Of a DNA stretch of 64,000 nucleotides, positions 8,275-17,888 are shown in pieces. The notes under the pieces are model-generated. The model was not told where the DNA came from. It did not search any database and saw nothing but the letters and a program-made list of their open reading frames with translations. Every line of letters starts with the position of its first letter. Position 1 is the first letter of the stretch. The position numbers and the translations under genes were made by a program. Source of the stretch: an uncultured Candidatus Saccharibacteria bacterium (lineage in GTDB: Bacteria > Patescibacteriota > Saccharimonadia > CAILAD01 > JADZBC01); the NCBI GenBank assembly GCA_964600985.1, contig CAZRJR010000001.1, positions 335,431-399,430 of the forward strand, given 5' to 3'.

Positions 8275-9533
8275 TCAGTTTCCTTAACTTCACTGCCGTC
8301 AGAGTATAGGTTGTAGATTAGGTAGTGCATCTCAACTGATTTTTTATCGTCTTCCAAGCTGTGCTTAGCTACGAAATGCGTAGGGTCTATTTGCTGAAAA
8401 CCATTTATATATGATTCGCTGTTGATAATCTCGGCCGCCAGACTGTCGCGGACTTGTGTGAAGTTTTTATTGCGTGCGAAGAAAATAATAACGCCAAAGT
8501 TATGTCGCCAAGTAAGGTAACCCCTGATTTGGTCTATTGTACTGAAAAGAAGTTGTTTGCCGCCCCATATCTTGCACTCAAAAATCAATATATTACCCTT
8601 GTCGATGCGCAGGTAGATATCTGTTTTGCCTTTTTTCGAGAAGGTTTCGCCAGTGGCAGACCCGTCAAACACTTCATTGAGGTGAGCAAGCAATAAATCT
8701 CGCAATTCTTCCTCACCAAGCGGCGAAACAGATTTCGGTGTTCGCTCCAGCGCCTTCATGTAGCTGTCGATGAATTTGATAATCTCCAAGACTTTCTTTT
8801 GGTCAAGCTCGTACTCTTCCACCGGCTTAGCTTCTGGTTTGAGCTTCTTAACCTCTTTCTTGACCTGTATTCTAGGCTGGACTGGTTCGGTAGCGCCGCG
8901 TTTTACTAGGGGAATTGATATCTTTTTTGATATACCATCTAACAAAGATTCGTTCTTGCTTATCTGTTCTTTGCGTGCGTTTATCTCATTGAGTGCCGCC
9001 TGCTTCAGCTCGGCATTGTGCTTCTTTATATCATTATTTTTCCACTCTATTTGCTGGTTAATGCGCTCGACTTCGGACGCAACTCTTTGTGCGACCTGGT
9101 CGTCGTTTAGCTCTAGGTTATAGGCTTTTATATCAAACCCAACGCCAATACAGTTTTGGTCGATTATGTAATTATCCAGGCTGTAGCTAACAGTAAAGGT
9201 AGATGTCAGTAGTGGCCAAAATTTTCGAAAGTCAGGAAAGTCATCTATCCAAGTACGGATTACACCTCGCTTTATTGGGAAGTTGCGCAAAGGACCTTCA
9301 TTTGCATACCACTCATCGCGCTGATTCGCCGGAATATCTACAACATCTTGTATTATTTCAAGCTCAGGACCTTTGACTATCTGTAGTTCCGGTAGGCCAT
9401 ATTTGTCGTAGTAATACTCGGCAAGCTCTTCTGTATCTGTACCGACTATAGTTGCTTCAGATTCACGGCGTATTTCACCCTGCATATCTTCAATTATCTT
9501 GCGGTATAAGTCGCTTATAGAAGCCCTGTTCAT
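8271..9533 (-). CDS. coiled-coil protein with C-terminal PD-(D/E)xK nuclease-like domain
   Basis: EEELRD...GETFSKKGKTDIYL...IFECKIW...QIRGY pattern. Confidence 0.7.
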   Translation of the reverse strand: MNRASISDLYRKIIEDMQGEIRRESEATIVGTDTEELAEYYYDKYGLPELQIVKGPELEIIQDVVDIPANQRDEWYANEGPLRNFPIKRGVIRTWIDDFPDFRKFWPLLTSTFTVSYSLDNYIIDQNCIGVGFDIKAYNLELNDDQVAQRVASEVERINQQIEWKNNDIKKHNAELKQAALNEINARKEQISKNESLLDGISKKISIPLVKRGATEPVQPRIQVKKEVKKLKPEAKPVEEYELDQKKVLEIIKFIDSYMKALERTPKSVSPLGEEELRDLLLAHLNEVFDGSATGETFSKKGKTDIYLRIDKGNILIFECKIWGGKQLLFSTIDQIRGYLTWRHNFGVIIFFARNKNFTQVRDSLAAEIINSESYINGFQQIDPTHFVAKHSLEDDKKSVEMHYLIYNLYSDGSEVKETD

Positions 9534-10828
9534 ACTTTAATCTTTCCGGTGACGGCACTTGATATGAGGCTTGTGCGGCGCTCTTTTAGCAGGTCAATCT
9601 GTTCCTGGACTTTGCTTTTTAACGCCTCGTTTTTTACTTCACAATCATCCAGATACTTGGCTATTCTTTGTTGCTCATCTAAATTGAAATGGACGAAAAA
9701 AAGCTCGTTGAAAATTGTGCTGTTTAGGTTTGCCAGCCCAGAGGTGCTATTGGAGTAGTAGTTGTATTGTTCGCGGGCAAGTTGAGAGTTAAGAAGGTAC
9801 CAGTAGAATTTTGGCTCCTCATTTTCTTTGAGCCTCAATCGCTGCATGAAGTTTGAGTAACTATAACCTTGAGTAGATTCATCCACTACAGAGGTCTTGC
9901 CTATATGAAGTTCGCTACCGCTCGATTTGGTGATAACTAGATCACCAATTTCCAGTCTTGTTTTGTCATATTCTGACTTAGTAATTTGACGCGTGGCCGG
10001 GTCATCAAGGATCCATTGCCCGGTCATTGTCTGTTCAGTGGAGCGTAAAACAACAACGTCGGTTTCATTTCCCATAGGGTCATTTCCCCAAGCTCCGCCC
10101 GTATTTAGAGACAGTATGAACTTTAGTTGTTTCGCTGTAGTGCCGTAAGGTACCTCGCTTAACCACGTATTTTCCGTGTCTTTGAATTCTGCATTGTGGT
10201 TTAGACCGCGCGTGACGGCGTTGGTGATGGTTGCGCGGCGCTTCTCTTCCAGGAGTTCTAGCAGGTGTTGCTGTTTTGCGATTAGGTCGTCAATGAGCGC
10301 TGTTTCTTCATCCAGGTAATTAATTATGCGCTGTTGGGTATCGATAGACGGAACTGGTAGGTAGTATTTCTTGAACTCCGAGTAATTCAGCGTTAGGCGA
10401 ATACCCGTTCCCCAGCCATTTAGTACTTTCTGTCCATCTAGTGCTTTAAGTAAATAAGTAGCATACATCGGCAGAATGTTTTTGCGTGTGCGTAGTGATA
10501 TGTAGGCAGGTGTTATACACCCGCTTTTTTTGACTACGGCCACACGCTGGGTAAGAAAATCGTAGTTCAAGTTTAGGCCGTTTAGCATAATGTCGTCTTT
10601 CTCGACAACGGTATAGCGCCTTATTTCTTCTTTCGTCTTCTCATCCACGTCTATTTTTTTGTCGATAATCTCACCCAGCTTGAATTGCATAGGCTCAACA
10701 GATAGTAAGTCGGTGTTTGTTTGCTTATTCTCCTTGAAAAGAACGGATGCACGCAGCAAATTCCACTCATCAGGAATATCTCCCAAATATTTCAAACCAG
10801 AGTCTTTCATCGTCTGGTATGTTTGCAT
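9530..10828 (-). CDS. hsdS: type I R-M specificity subunit
   Basis: MKDSG..YLGDIP..W start; two TRDs with conserved P....Q.RI..YLD spacers; ends SLISSAVTGKIKV. Confidence 0.93.
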   Translation of the reverse strand: MQTYQTMKDSGLKYLGDIPDEWNLLRASVLFKENKQTNTDLLSVEPMQFKLGEIIDKKIDVDEKTKEEIRRYTVVEKDDIMLNGLNLNYDFLTQRVAVVKKSGCITPAYISLRTRKNILPMYATYLLKALDGQKVLNGWGTGIRLTLNYSEFKKYYLPVPSIDTQQRIINYLDEETALIDDLIAKQQHLLELLEEKRRATITNAVTRGLNHNAEFKDTENTWLSEVPYGTTAKQLKFILSLNTGGAWGNDPMGNETDVVVLRSTEQTMTGQWILDDPATRQITKSEYDKTRLEIGDLVITKSSGSELHIGKTSVVDESTQGYSYSNFMQRLRLKENEEPKFYWYLLNSQLAREQYNYYSNSTSGLANLNSTIFNELFFVHFNLDEQQRIAKYLDDCEVKNEALKSKVQEQIDLLKERRTSLISSAVTGKIKV

Positions 10829-12516
10829 TAGTCCGTTACCTCGTTCAGCAATTTCAAAATATCTTTCGTGACGGCCTGTAGGTCGTCATCGATTTCATCG
10901 AGGTCGCGTGGCGGTTTGTATTCGTAGAAGTAGCGGTTGAACGGTATTTCGTAGCCAATGCGGTCTTTTTTACGGTCAAGTTTTGCTTCTGGCAGGTGTG
11001 GCAATACTTCGCGCTTGAAGTATTCGTCAATATCTTCACCTAGGGGCACATTTTCGGTATCTTTTTCTTTGCCGTTTAGCACCGTTACTTGCGTATAGCC
11101 AAAGTTTGCGGCGTCAAAAATCTTACTGCGCTTAGTAGGCGCGAACTTTTCGTATAGCTCGTATACTTCATCGATGTCTTCGGCCGTCATCTCTTTGTTC
11201 TTGTCGCCCAAGTTTTTGCGCAGCTTGTGGAATATGTTGCTGGCGTCTATTAGCTGGACTTTGCCTTTCCGCTCGGCGCTCTTGCGGTTTGTTAGCACCC
11301 AGATGTAGGTTGCGATGCCGGTGTTGTAGAACATGTTTGTCGGCAGAGCGATGATAGCTTCCAGGTAATCATTTTCAAGTGCCCAGCGGCGGATTTCGCT
11401 TGGACCGCTACCGGCTGCGCCAGTGAAAAGTGGTGAGCCGTTGTGGACCACCGCAACACGGCCACCCCCTTCATGCGCAGGTCGTAGCTTGCTTACCATG
11501 TGCTGAAGGAATAGCATTTGGCCATCGCTCACGGCTGGCGTGCCGGCCGGGAAACGCCCAGCGCTGCCGCGCGCGGCTTCAGCCTCAACAGCGTCCTTGT
11601 CTTTCTTCCAATCTGTACCGTATGGCGGGTTTGCGATTACATAGTCAAATGTCTTGTCGTAGAATTGGTCGTTACTGAGCGTGCTGTCTTCGGCGTGCTC
11701 GCCGCTGCCGCCTTTGATGCGGTTGGCATCTTCGCCTTTGATCAAAATATCACTTTTGGCGATAGCGTAGGTTTGGGGGTTTAGCTCCTGGCCATATAGG
11801 TAAACTTCGGCAGCCGGGTTGATTTTAGTCTGGATGTATTCTTTTCCAATGGTGAGCATGCCGCCGGTACCCATAGCCGGGTCATACATTTCAATGATTT
11901 TGTTTTCGCCTTTGATGCGCGCGGCATCCGGTTCTAGTAGTAAGCGCACCATCAGGCGGATAACCTCACGCGGCGTGTAGTGCTCTCCGGCGGTTTCGTT
12001 CGATTGCTCATTGAACTTACGGATCAGTTCTTCAAAGATGTAACCCATGTCGTGGTTGCTCACGGCTTCAGGGCTTAGGTCTACTTTGTCCAGTTCTTTT
12101 ACTATCAGGTGGAGTATTTTGCCGCCCTTTAGTTTGTTTAGCTGTTTGGCAAAGTCGAACTTCTCGATAATGTCGCGCACATTTGGGCTGTAGCCGTCTA
12201 GATAGTTGATGAAGTTGGCGTAGATGCCTTCGCTATCGTCAAGCAGCTTTTTGAAGTCGTAGGGGCTTGTGTTGTAGAACTTGTAGCCAGCGGCCTGCTC
12301 CAGGAAGGGCGTGAGGTCTGACACTTTGCCATCCATATCGCCGTAGGTACGCAGTACTTCGGGCTTCGTCTTGGCAAGCACACTATCTAGGCGTTTGAGC
12401 ACCACGAGCGGGAGTATCACGTCCTGGTATTCGTGCTGCTTCCAGCCACCGCGCAAAATGTCGGCGATATTCCATATAGTTGATGCTTGGTTTTTCGGGT
12501 TTTCGTGTGCTTCCAT
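10828..12516 (-). CDS. hsdM: type I R-M N6-adenine methyltransferase
   Basis: GEHYTPREV, DPAMGTGG and NPPY motifs. Confidence 0.95.
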   Translation of the reverse strand: MEAHENPKNQASTIWNIADILRGGWKQHEYQDVILPLVVLKRLDSVLAKTKPEVLRTYGDMDGKVSDLTPFLEQAAGYKFYNTSPYDFKKLLDDSEGIYANFINYLDGYSPNVRDIIEKFDFAKQLNKLKGGKILHLIVKELDKVDLSPEAVSNHDMGYIFEELIRKFNEQSNETAGEHYTPREVIRLMVRLLLEPDAARIKGENKIIEMYDPAMGTGGMLTIGKEYIQTKINPAAEVYLYGQELNPQTYAIAKSDILIKGEDANRIKGGSGEHAEDSTLSNDQFYDKTFDYVIANPPYGTDWKKDKDAVEAEAARGSAGRFPAGTPAVSDGQMLFLQHMVSKLRPAHEGGGRVAVVHNGSPLFTGAAGSGPSEIRRWALENDYLEAIIALPTNMFYNTGIATYIWVLTNRKSAERKGKVQLIDASNIFHKLRKNLGDKNKEMTAEDIDEVYELYEKFAPTKRSKIFDAANFGYTQVTVLNGKEKDTENVPLGEDIDEYFKREVLPHLPEAKLDRKKDRIGYEIPFNRYFYEYKPPRDLDEIDDDLQAVTKDILKLLNEVTD

Positions 12517-12581
12517 ACTGCTTACTATACCCCTTTTCCAGATCAGCGGCTAGTATGTGAATTTTGGCGTATACTATGGCT

Positions 12582-13004
12582 ATGGACATTGCCGATCTAC
12601 CCCCAGTTGAATTTAATGAGGATACCGAACCGCGCGATGATCGGCTACTTGAACTGCTCGATATGGCCTACCGTGGTCAAATAACGTGCACTATGGCGGT
12701 GGCGGATATGGGCGTAATTGTGCCTTTTAGTGACTTTCGGCCAACTGTTTCGGACAGCTACCGTGCCCACTTTGTGCAACAACTTAGCGAGCAATCACCT
12801 CCTGCCCTGTACGTGTATGCTCAGGACGGCAAGCTGATTATGAGTGATGACTACAGTGCGTATAGTCTGTACTTGGAGTATGGATTGGAGCACGCGCTGT
12901 GCGTGGTAATTGGTGAAACACCGCCGATTGACGGCGTGCACTACCAAGGTGAGCCGTTTGTACTACCCCTACCAAGCGTGGAGGTTTTGCCCTCGGGCGA
13001 CTAG
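12582..13004 (+). CDS. hypothetical protein
   Basis: ORF 12564..13004. Likely start ATG 12582, 6 nt after TATACT (12570-12575). Confidence 0.65.
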   Translation: MDIADLPPVEFNEDTEPRDDRLLELLDMAYRGQITCTMAVADMGVIVPFSDFRPTVSDSYRAHFVQQLSEQSPPALYVYAQDGKLIMSDDYSAYSLYLEYGLEHALCVVIGETPPIDGVHYQGEPFVLPLPSVEVLPSGD

Positions 13005-13017
13005 CTCTTAGCAAGTA

Positions 13018-13046
13018 TTGACATATTGTAGCATAAGTGTTATAAT
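13018..13046 (+). promoter_or_regulatory. perfect-consensus sigma70 promoter
   Basis: TTGACA(13018-13023)-17 bp-TATAAT(13041-13046). AGCATAAG at 13030-13037 in the spacer. Confidence 0.85.
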
Positions 13047-13105
13047 ACGCAAGTTCTATCGTATCTCGACATTACTACCACCTACCGAATCAGGAGTGTG
13101 CTGAA

Positions 13106-13771
13106 ATGCACGGCATCCAGCTCGTCGTCGTGACCATTGCGATGATCTTCATGTCCCTCTATGCAATTCGAGAGCTTTACCTGTGGCGAGCTGAGATCAT
13201 CCTCGGTACTCGACTGGGAACCGCCTACGGTGTGTTCTGGGGCCTCGTCCTCACGTACACGGCCGGCAAGTGTTTCCAGAACTTCCAGGTGGGGCCGGAG
13301 TTCTACCGGTACCACTTGAACGACCTTGGCTTTGTGGCCGCCTGGGGCGGCATCATCTTGAACATCGAGATGAAGAGCCTTTGTCGCCGGGAGTTCGTGG
13401 CCTTCAACAAGCGGCCCATCATCACGCTTCGCATGGGACTGAGTGTGGCGCTCATAGCCGCTCTCATGTTCGAGTACATGACCGCGCACGATGATGGCAC
13501 CTTCACCACCCAGGGGCTTCACTACTCCGGCCAGTTGGACTACATGGACATCACCATGTACCTGACCTGTTTCGTTGCCATGTGGCTTCTCGCTCCGTGG
13601 ATGTACGAAGTCAGAGACGCTCCTGCCGTGGCCGAGGTGAGTGTTGCCCCAGCGGCAGCCAAGAGCCGGGCGCAGAAGTTGACCCCACCCACTGGTGTTG
13701 ACCCGAAAGCTATGTCTCGACGGACCACCCCCAAGGGGACCAGGCCCCAGCCAGCGAGGCGCAAGCGGTAG
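13106..13771 (+). CDS. multi-pass membrane protein with basic tail (GC-rich)
   Basis: AGGAG RBS at 13092-13096; about 5 hydrophobic segments; GC3-rich. Confidence 0.75.
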   Translation: MHGIQLVVVTIAMIFMSLYAIRELYLWRAEIILGTRLGTAYGVFWGLVLTYTAGKCFQNFQVGPEFYRYHLNDLGFVAAWGGIILNIEMKSLCRREFVAFNKRPIITLRMGLSVALIAALMFEYMTAHDDGTFTTQGLHYSGQLDYMDITMYLTCFVAMWLLAPWMYEVRDAPAVAEVSVAPAAAKSRAQKLTPPTGVDPKAMSRRTTPKGTRPQPARRKR

Positions 13772-13838
13772 TACAAGTGATGCGACAGCATCCCGCCGAG
13801 CTCCAGCAAGGAACTTGGAACTACCCAAGAGGGTACAT

Positions 13839-13880
13839 GCCCCGATGAGAGTCACCCGACTCTACGTCGGGGCTCTTTTC
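13839..13880 (+). terminator. intrinsic terminator
   Basis: gccccgatg-agagtc-accc-gactct-acgtcggggc followed by tcttttc. Confidence 0.7.
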
Positions 13881-13921
13881 GTTTAATTAATAACGTATTT
13901 ATATCGACGTACTAGTTGAAA

Positions 13922-13952
13922 GAGACCTGCCCAGTTTACCCAGGCAGGTCTC
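13922..13952 (-). terminator. intrinsic terminator of purD
   Basis: Stem gagacctgcc...ggcaggtctc with a T-run on the minus strand. Confidence 0.7.
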
Positions 13953-13982
13953 GATCGTTTGCTGAATTTTTACTTCGGGCGA

Positions 13983-15248
13983 CTAAGCCACCAGCAGTTC
14001 CTTGCCGATGTCGGACCGGTACTGCTTGCCGGGGAACTGAATGAGCTCCACAGCGCGGTTGTTGTGCGTCTTGGCCACGTGAGGGTTGGCGTGGCGCGTT
14101 ACCACCGTGAGCACTCGCCCGCCCTTGGTGATCAGTTGCGACTCTTCATCGAGGTCGACACCCCCAAAGAAGATCTCCGTGCCGGGAACCTTCTGAGCCA
14201 CCTCTAGCCCAACGATCACGAACCCGTCACGGATCGCCGCCGAGTCTGGGTAGCCCTCGCTAGACAGCACAGTGGCAATCGTGTACTCCGGCGAGAACTC
14301 CACCGGATCCATGGGGAGGCCTGAGGCAGCCTGCTTGAAGGTCGTAAGCAGGTTGCTGGTAACCCGTGGCAGTACTGCCTGAGCCTCCGGGTCACCCATG
14401 CGGATGTTGTACTCCAGCAGGTAGGGCATGCCATCCACGATCATCAACCCGGCGTAGATGATGCCGCGGTAATCGATGCCACGGCGCTGCAGCTCGGCCA
14501 GGAGCGGCCGAATGGTCAGCTCGGCCCAATCGCTGAGCTTGGACTGATCGCGGGTGCGCGAGTACGCCCCCACGCCGCCGGTGTTGACGTCGGAACCAAG
14601 CGACAAGCGCTTGTAGTCCTGTGCCCCCTCGAGGAGCACATACTCGGTGCCGTTGCAGATGGCGAAGATCGAAACTTCGTACGCCTCGCCCGGCCCCTTG
14701 TTTTCGAGCGGCTGCTCGATCACCAGGGTCTTACCGGCTTCACCGAACTTACCGTCCAGCTTCTGCTGAGCGTCACGCACAGCGGCGTCGTAGTCGTGGG
14801 TCACAAACACACCCTTGCCGGCGGCCAAGCCATCGGTCTTGATCACACAACCGCCGTAGCGGTCCATCATGTAGCGCACTGCCGCCAGCATGTCTGCGGT
14901 ATTGGAAACCACACGGTACTCGGCCGTGCGTATTCCGGCCGCGCTGGCGATGCGCTTCATCCAGACCTTGGAGCCTTCCAGCTGAGCGCCAACAGCACCC
15001 GGACCCAGCACCAGCTTGCCCTGCCGGCGCAGCCGATCTGCTTCTCCGTGAACCAGGGGCTGCTCGGGGCCATACACGAACAGATCCGCCACCACATCGT
15101 CGGCCGACTTCACCCGCTCGAAAGGCATGCCGGGGTTGCCGCCCACCACCACGATATCGGCGTGGCGCCCCAGAACTTTGGCCAGGGCATGCTCGCGCGC
15201 ACCGCCTCCAATTACACAGACTCTCGGCCTGGTCACTGATCCACTCAA
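13983..15248 (-). CDS. purD: phosphoribosylamine--glycine ligase (GC-rich)
   Basis: GGGAREHALA, GPEQPL, LEGSK, KTDGLAAGKGV, QDYKR, NTGGVGAYS, LEYNIRMGDPEAQ, GGRVL. Confidence 0.93.
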   Translation of the reverse strand: MSGSVTRPRVCVIGGGAREHALAKVLGRHADIVVVGGNPGMPFERVKSADDVVADLFVYGPEQPLVHGEADRLRRQGKLVLGPGAVGAQLEGSKVWMKRIASAAGIRTAEYRVVSNTADMLAAVRYMMDRYGGCVIKTDGLAAGKGVFVTHDYDAAVRDAQQKLDGKFGEAGKTLVIEQPLENKGPGEAYEVSIFAICNGTEYVLLEGAQDYKRLSLGSDVNTGGVGAYSRTRDQSKLSDWAELTIRPLLAELQRRGIDYRGIIYAGLMIVDGMPYLLEYNIRMGDPEAQAVLPRVTSNLLTTFKQAASGLPMDPVEFSPEYTIATVLSSEGYPDSAAIRDGFVIVGLEVAQKVPGTEIFFGGVDLDEESQLITKGGRVLTVVTRHANPHVAKTHNNRAVELIQFPGKQYRSDIGKELLVA

Positions 15249-15308
15249 GGTACCTTCTCTTTTCTATAGGGAACTACCATTCTGGCAATTCAACAAACGA
15301 ACGTGCGT

Positions 15309-15344
15309 ACTATACCATAATTACTTTTTGTATCAAAGCATAAG
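15309..15344 (-). promoter_or_regulatory. purD promoter with adjacent CTTATGCT motif
   Basis: Minus strand reads CTTATGCT-TTGATA-16 bp-TATAGT. Confidence 0.6.
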
Positions 15345-15374
15345 ATCTGACCGCCACAGACAAGCTGCTACATA

Positions 15375-16202
15375 CTATCTGCAGTAATCACTGTTCTTGC
15401 CCTGAACGCCATCTCCTGCCGGGAGTTGAGCTAAAATGGAATTATTTGCGTCACTAAACATTGAGAGCCAGCATAATGCGTAGCCAGCCTGACTAAGTTC
15501 GCTACCATGCTTTGATTTGTACTCGGAGCTTTGTGCTGCATTATTGGGCTTACGGAGGTCATAAACTCCTAGATCATATGCGGCGTTACCAGTAGTTGCA
15601 AAACCAATACTCGTAGCTACTACATCGCCTTGTTTAACCGCCACCGCAGTATTAAACCGAGTAGTGCGCGAATCGTTGGGTTTGGCTGCCGGGAGCTGAT
15701 CGGCTAACTTCTGGAACGTCGGACTCAATACACGCAAATGATCGTAGCGATAGGCAATTCCACAGTCATTTACGATTGTGAACATATACTGAGTCTCGCC
15801 AGACTCGATGTACCGTGAGCCTTCAGTTACTTTGCCATCATAAATGGCGTACACCTGTGTGGCGTTCTTGCCATCAGGGTAACGCAAACCACCATGAGGC
15901 TTATAGTTGCCGCCTCGATACTGCCCCGGATACAGTACGGCAGTAGCCTCAGACAGATTTGATGGCGTGGTAGCAAACCGTACGGGGCTTGCGCATGCTG
16001 GGGGCTTCCCCGACGCTTGCCATGTAACGCCATTAAAGCTCCAGGATACACTACCGCTGCTGGTTACTGGGTTGGTACTGTCAGTCTTTGAAGGATTGCT
16101 TCTACTGCCAGATAATCCAAACCATGCAACAGCCCCTATAACAGCAAGAATCCCTAAGATAATTACGAGCTCAATTAGGCTAAAGCCATTACGCTTATGC
16201 AT
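15375..16202 (-). CDS. prepilin-type N-terminal cleavage/methylation protein with possible M23-like domain
   Basis: KRNG|FSLIELVIILGILAVI class III signal; PHGG..VYAIYDGKV..YDHL..VKQGDVV. Leaderless start (TATACT+6 nt+ATG). Confidence 0.75.
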   Translation of the reverse strand: MHKRNGFSLIELVIILGILAVIGAVAWFGLSGSRSNPSKTDSTNPVTSSGSVSWSFNGVTWQASGKPPACASPVRFATTPSNLSEATAVLYPGQYRGGNYKPHGGLRYPDGKNATQVYAIYDGKVTEGSRYIESGETQYMFTIVNDCGIAYRYDHLRVLSPTFQKLADQLPAAKPNDSRTTRFNTAVAVKQGDVVATSIGFATTGNAAYDLGVYDLRKPNNAAQSSEYKSKHGSELSQAGYALCWLSMFSDANNSILAQLPAGDGVQGKNSDYCR

Positions 16203-16315
16203 AATGCTAGTATAGCAAACATACATCAAAACAATACATAGTTGTCTAAAAATGAGGAGACCCCGCCCCACAATAGAGACGGAATCTCACAGGTGGAGCG
16301 GGGCTTGGGTCTTCT

Positions 16316-16570
16316 TCAGCTGTTGAGCGGCGCCATCTTGCCTCGCTTGATCTGGACGAGGCAGTAGATCGGTCGACCTACCATGTACCAGGGCCAGAGG
16401 AAGATGTGCCTCCCAGCGATCTCGAACCAGAACTTGAGCAGCTCGCTGATCATCTTGGCGTCCTGTGGAAAGTCTCGCGCAAAGTCGTGAAACATCACGA
16501 TGCCCAAGGCGAAAACCAGGGCAGATAGCACGATGCCACCGAGGTAGATGAAGGCCAGGATATCGAGCAT
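16316..16570 (-). CDS. small membrane protein, 84 aa (GC-rich)
   Basis: AAGGAG RBS, N-terminal TM; promoter at 16626-16654; hairpin at about 16257-16310. Confidence 0.7.
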   Translation of the reverse strand: MLDILAFIYLGGIVLSALVFALGIVMFHDFARDFPQDAKMISELLKFWFEIAGRHIFLWPWYMVGRPIYCLVQIKRGKMAPLNS

Positions 16571-16625
16571 GAAAGCTCCTTGGGTCGGGCATCAGACGAT
16601 GCAGTGTTTCAAAAAAGACCTATAT

Positions 16626-16654
16626 ATAATATAACAAATAGCTATATCAGTCAA
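16626..16654 (-). promoter_or_regulatory. sigma70-type promoter
   Basis: Minus strand reads TTGACT-17 bp-TATTAT. Confidence 0.65.
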
Positions 16655-16761
16655 TGGTCTGCAGCTCTATGAAGAAGTGGAGCCATATCAAGAAACAAGT
16701 ACTGAGCTGGCACTCTATACTAGGCGAAGTTCAGGAGTATGCCACTATAAGTGTGGATTAG
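16654..16761 (+). repeat. 108-bp diverged direct repeat, copy 1
   Basis: Gap-free alignment to 18025-18132; exact core CTGGCACTCTATACTA at 16707-16722. Confidence 0.85.
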
Positions 16762-16773
16762 AACTCTGCAATA

Positions 16774-17367
16774 TTATCGTGTTTCTCTCCACGGGATGAC
16801 AACAAGTTTAGGCCAGACCTTAGTCCATCGTGCTAGCTTTGCATCGTAGACTTTCTCAGGAGCTACCGTCTTATTAGGTCTAATAACCAATCCGAAGAGA
16901 TCATGAAGGCCATAGGGCGCATACACCTTTAGTCTACCTCCTTCCATCCTTACTCCTACACAGCATACTGTAACAGGCCACGAATTTATACCTTCTGCCG
17001 CGCTGCCGTAATATGGTGCCGGAGTTCCATTACGTTCTTCGTACCATGTATAGACACGTGCCTGATTTACTAATTCCATAGAAATGGACAGTTGCGAGAA
17101 CTGTTTGTTTGCAATCTGAGTTATGACATCTTCTGTTTCATGACTTTCATCTTTGTTATAGTAAACCACATCATAATCCTTGATATTAGCTTCTGAGCTA
17201 AAGCCATGAAGATAATTCCATACTGTCTGAGAAATACAGCCACCCGCCAAGTAGTAATCCCCTAGCTTTAGCGCCTCCAAACCTTTAAGAACTTTTACAA
17301 TATTCTCGTTAGTACGAAGAATCCTCGCAAGCTCTGTGGTTTGACTCTCTAGATCGGCATTTTCCAT
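16774..17367 (-). CDS. nucleotidyltransferase family protein (DUF925/NTP_transf_6-like)
   Basis: LAGGCISQTVWN, IKDYDVVYY, NQARV..WY, YAPYGLHDLF...IRPN, RW...WP.L. Confidence 0.85.
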   Translation of the reverse strand: MENADLESQTTELARILRTNENIVKVLKGLEALKLGDYYLAGGCISQTVWNYLHGFSSEANIKDYDVVYYNKDESHETEDVITQIANKQFSQLSISMELVNQARVYTWYEERNGTPAPYYGSAAEGINSWPVTVCCVGVRMEGGRLKVYAPYGLHDLFGLVIRPNKTVAPEKVYDAKLARWTKVWPKLVVIPWRETR

Positions 17368-17561
17368 ACTCCAATCCTAGCACAAAACAAAAATGCGACC
17401 CGAGATATTCTCGAATCGCTCAGTCTAGATACTTCCCTGTTATCTACTGCCGACATCCAATGGAAATGTTTGAACTGAAAAAGCGGATCAAGGAATAATC
17501 CCCGAACCGCTATGGGGCCAATGAGTCCAAAATGCCCATTGCACCCCTCCTCTTGACCGAG

Positions 17562-17888
17562 CTAAGCGCGGACGGTTCGGTCGGTGGTGTGCACGGAGCC
17601 ATCGGGCTCGCGGATGCACTCGTTGTTGCCGTTGCGGTACCCCACCGAATGGTCTTCGCCGAACAACTCCATAAGGAGGTTGTGCAGGCGCTCGACGAGC
17701 CGGACCAGATCCCACCCCTCGTCGGGCAGGGTGTACATGAACCCCTTCGTCGTGGGGAACATGCGGCCCTGCCTTCTCTCGTTCAGGGCGCGCTCGATGG
17801 TCTCGCGAGCCTCTGTCGTGCGGAGGGATCTGTCGAGTTCGACTTCGACTTGACGCCCTCCAACCTGGAAATCCAAGTAACTGTGCAT
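17562..17888 (-). CDS. hypothetical protein, 108 aa (GC-rich)
   Basis: CAGGAG RBS before ATG 17888; promoter TTGATT-17 bp-TATTAT (17951-17923); hairpins and T-run downstream. Confidence 0.7.
   Translation of the reverse strand: MHSYLDFQVGGRQVEVELDRSLRTTEARETIERALNERRQGRMFPTTKGFMYTLPDEGWDLVRLVERLHNLLMELFGEDHSVGYRNGNNECIREPDGSVHTTDRTVRA

Noticed and set aside
12582-13004. Possible ParB/Srx-like motif (LIMSDDY) suggesting a defence partner of the R-M operon
   Set aside because: It lacks the DGHHR-type signature and the gene is divergently transcribed; the similarity is too weak to call without a profile search.
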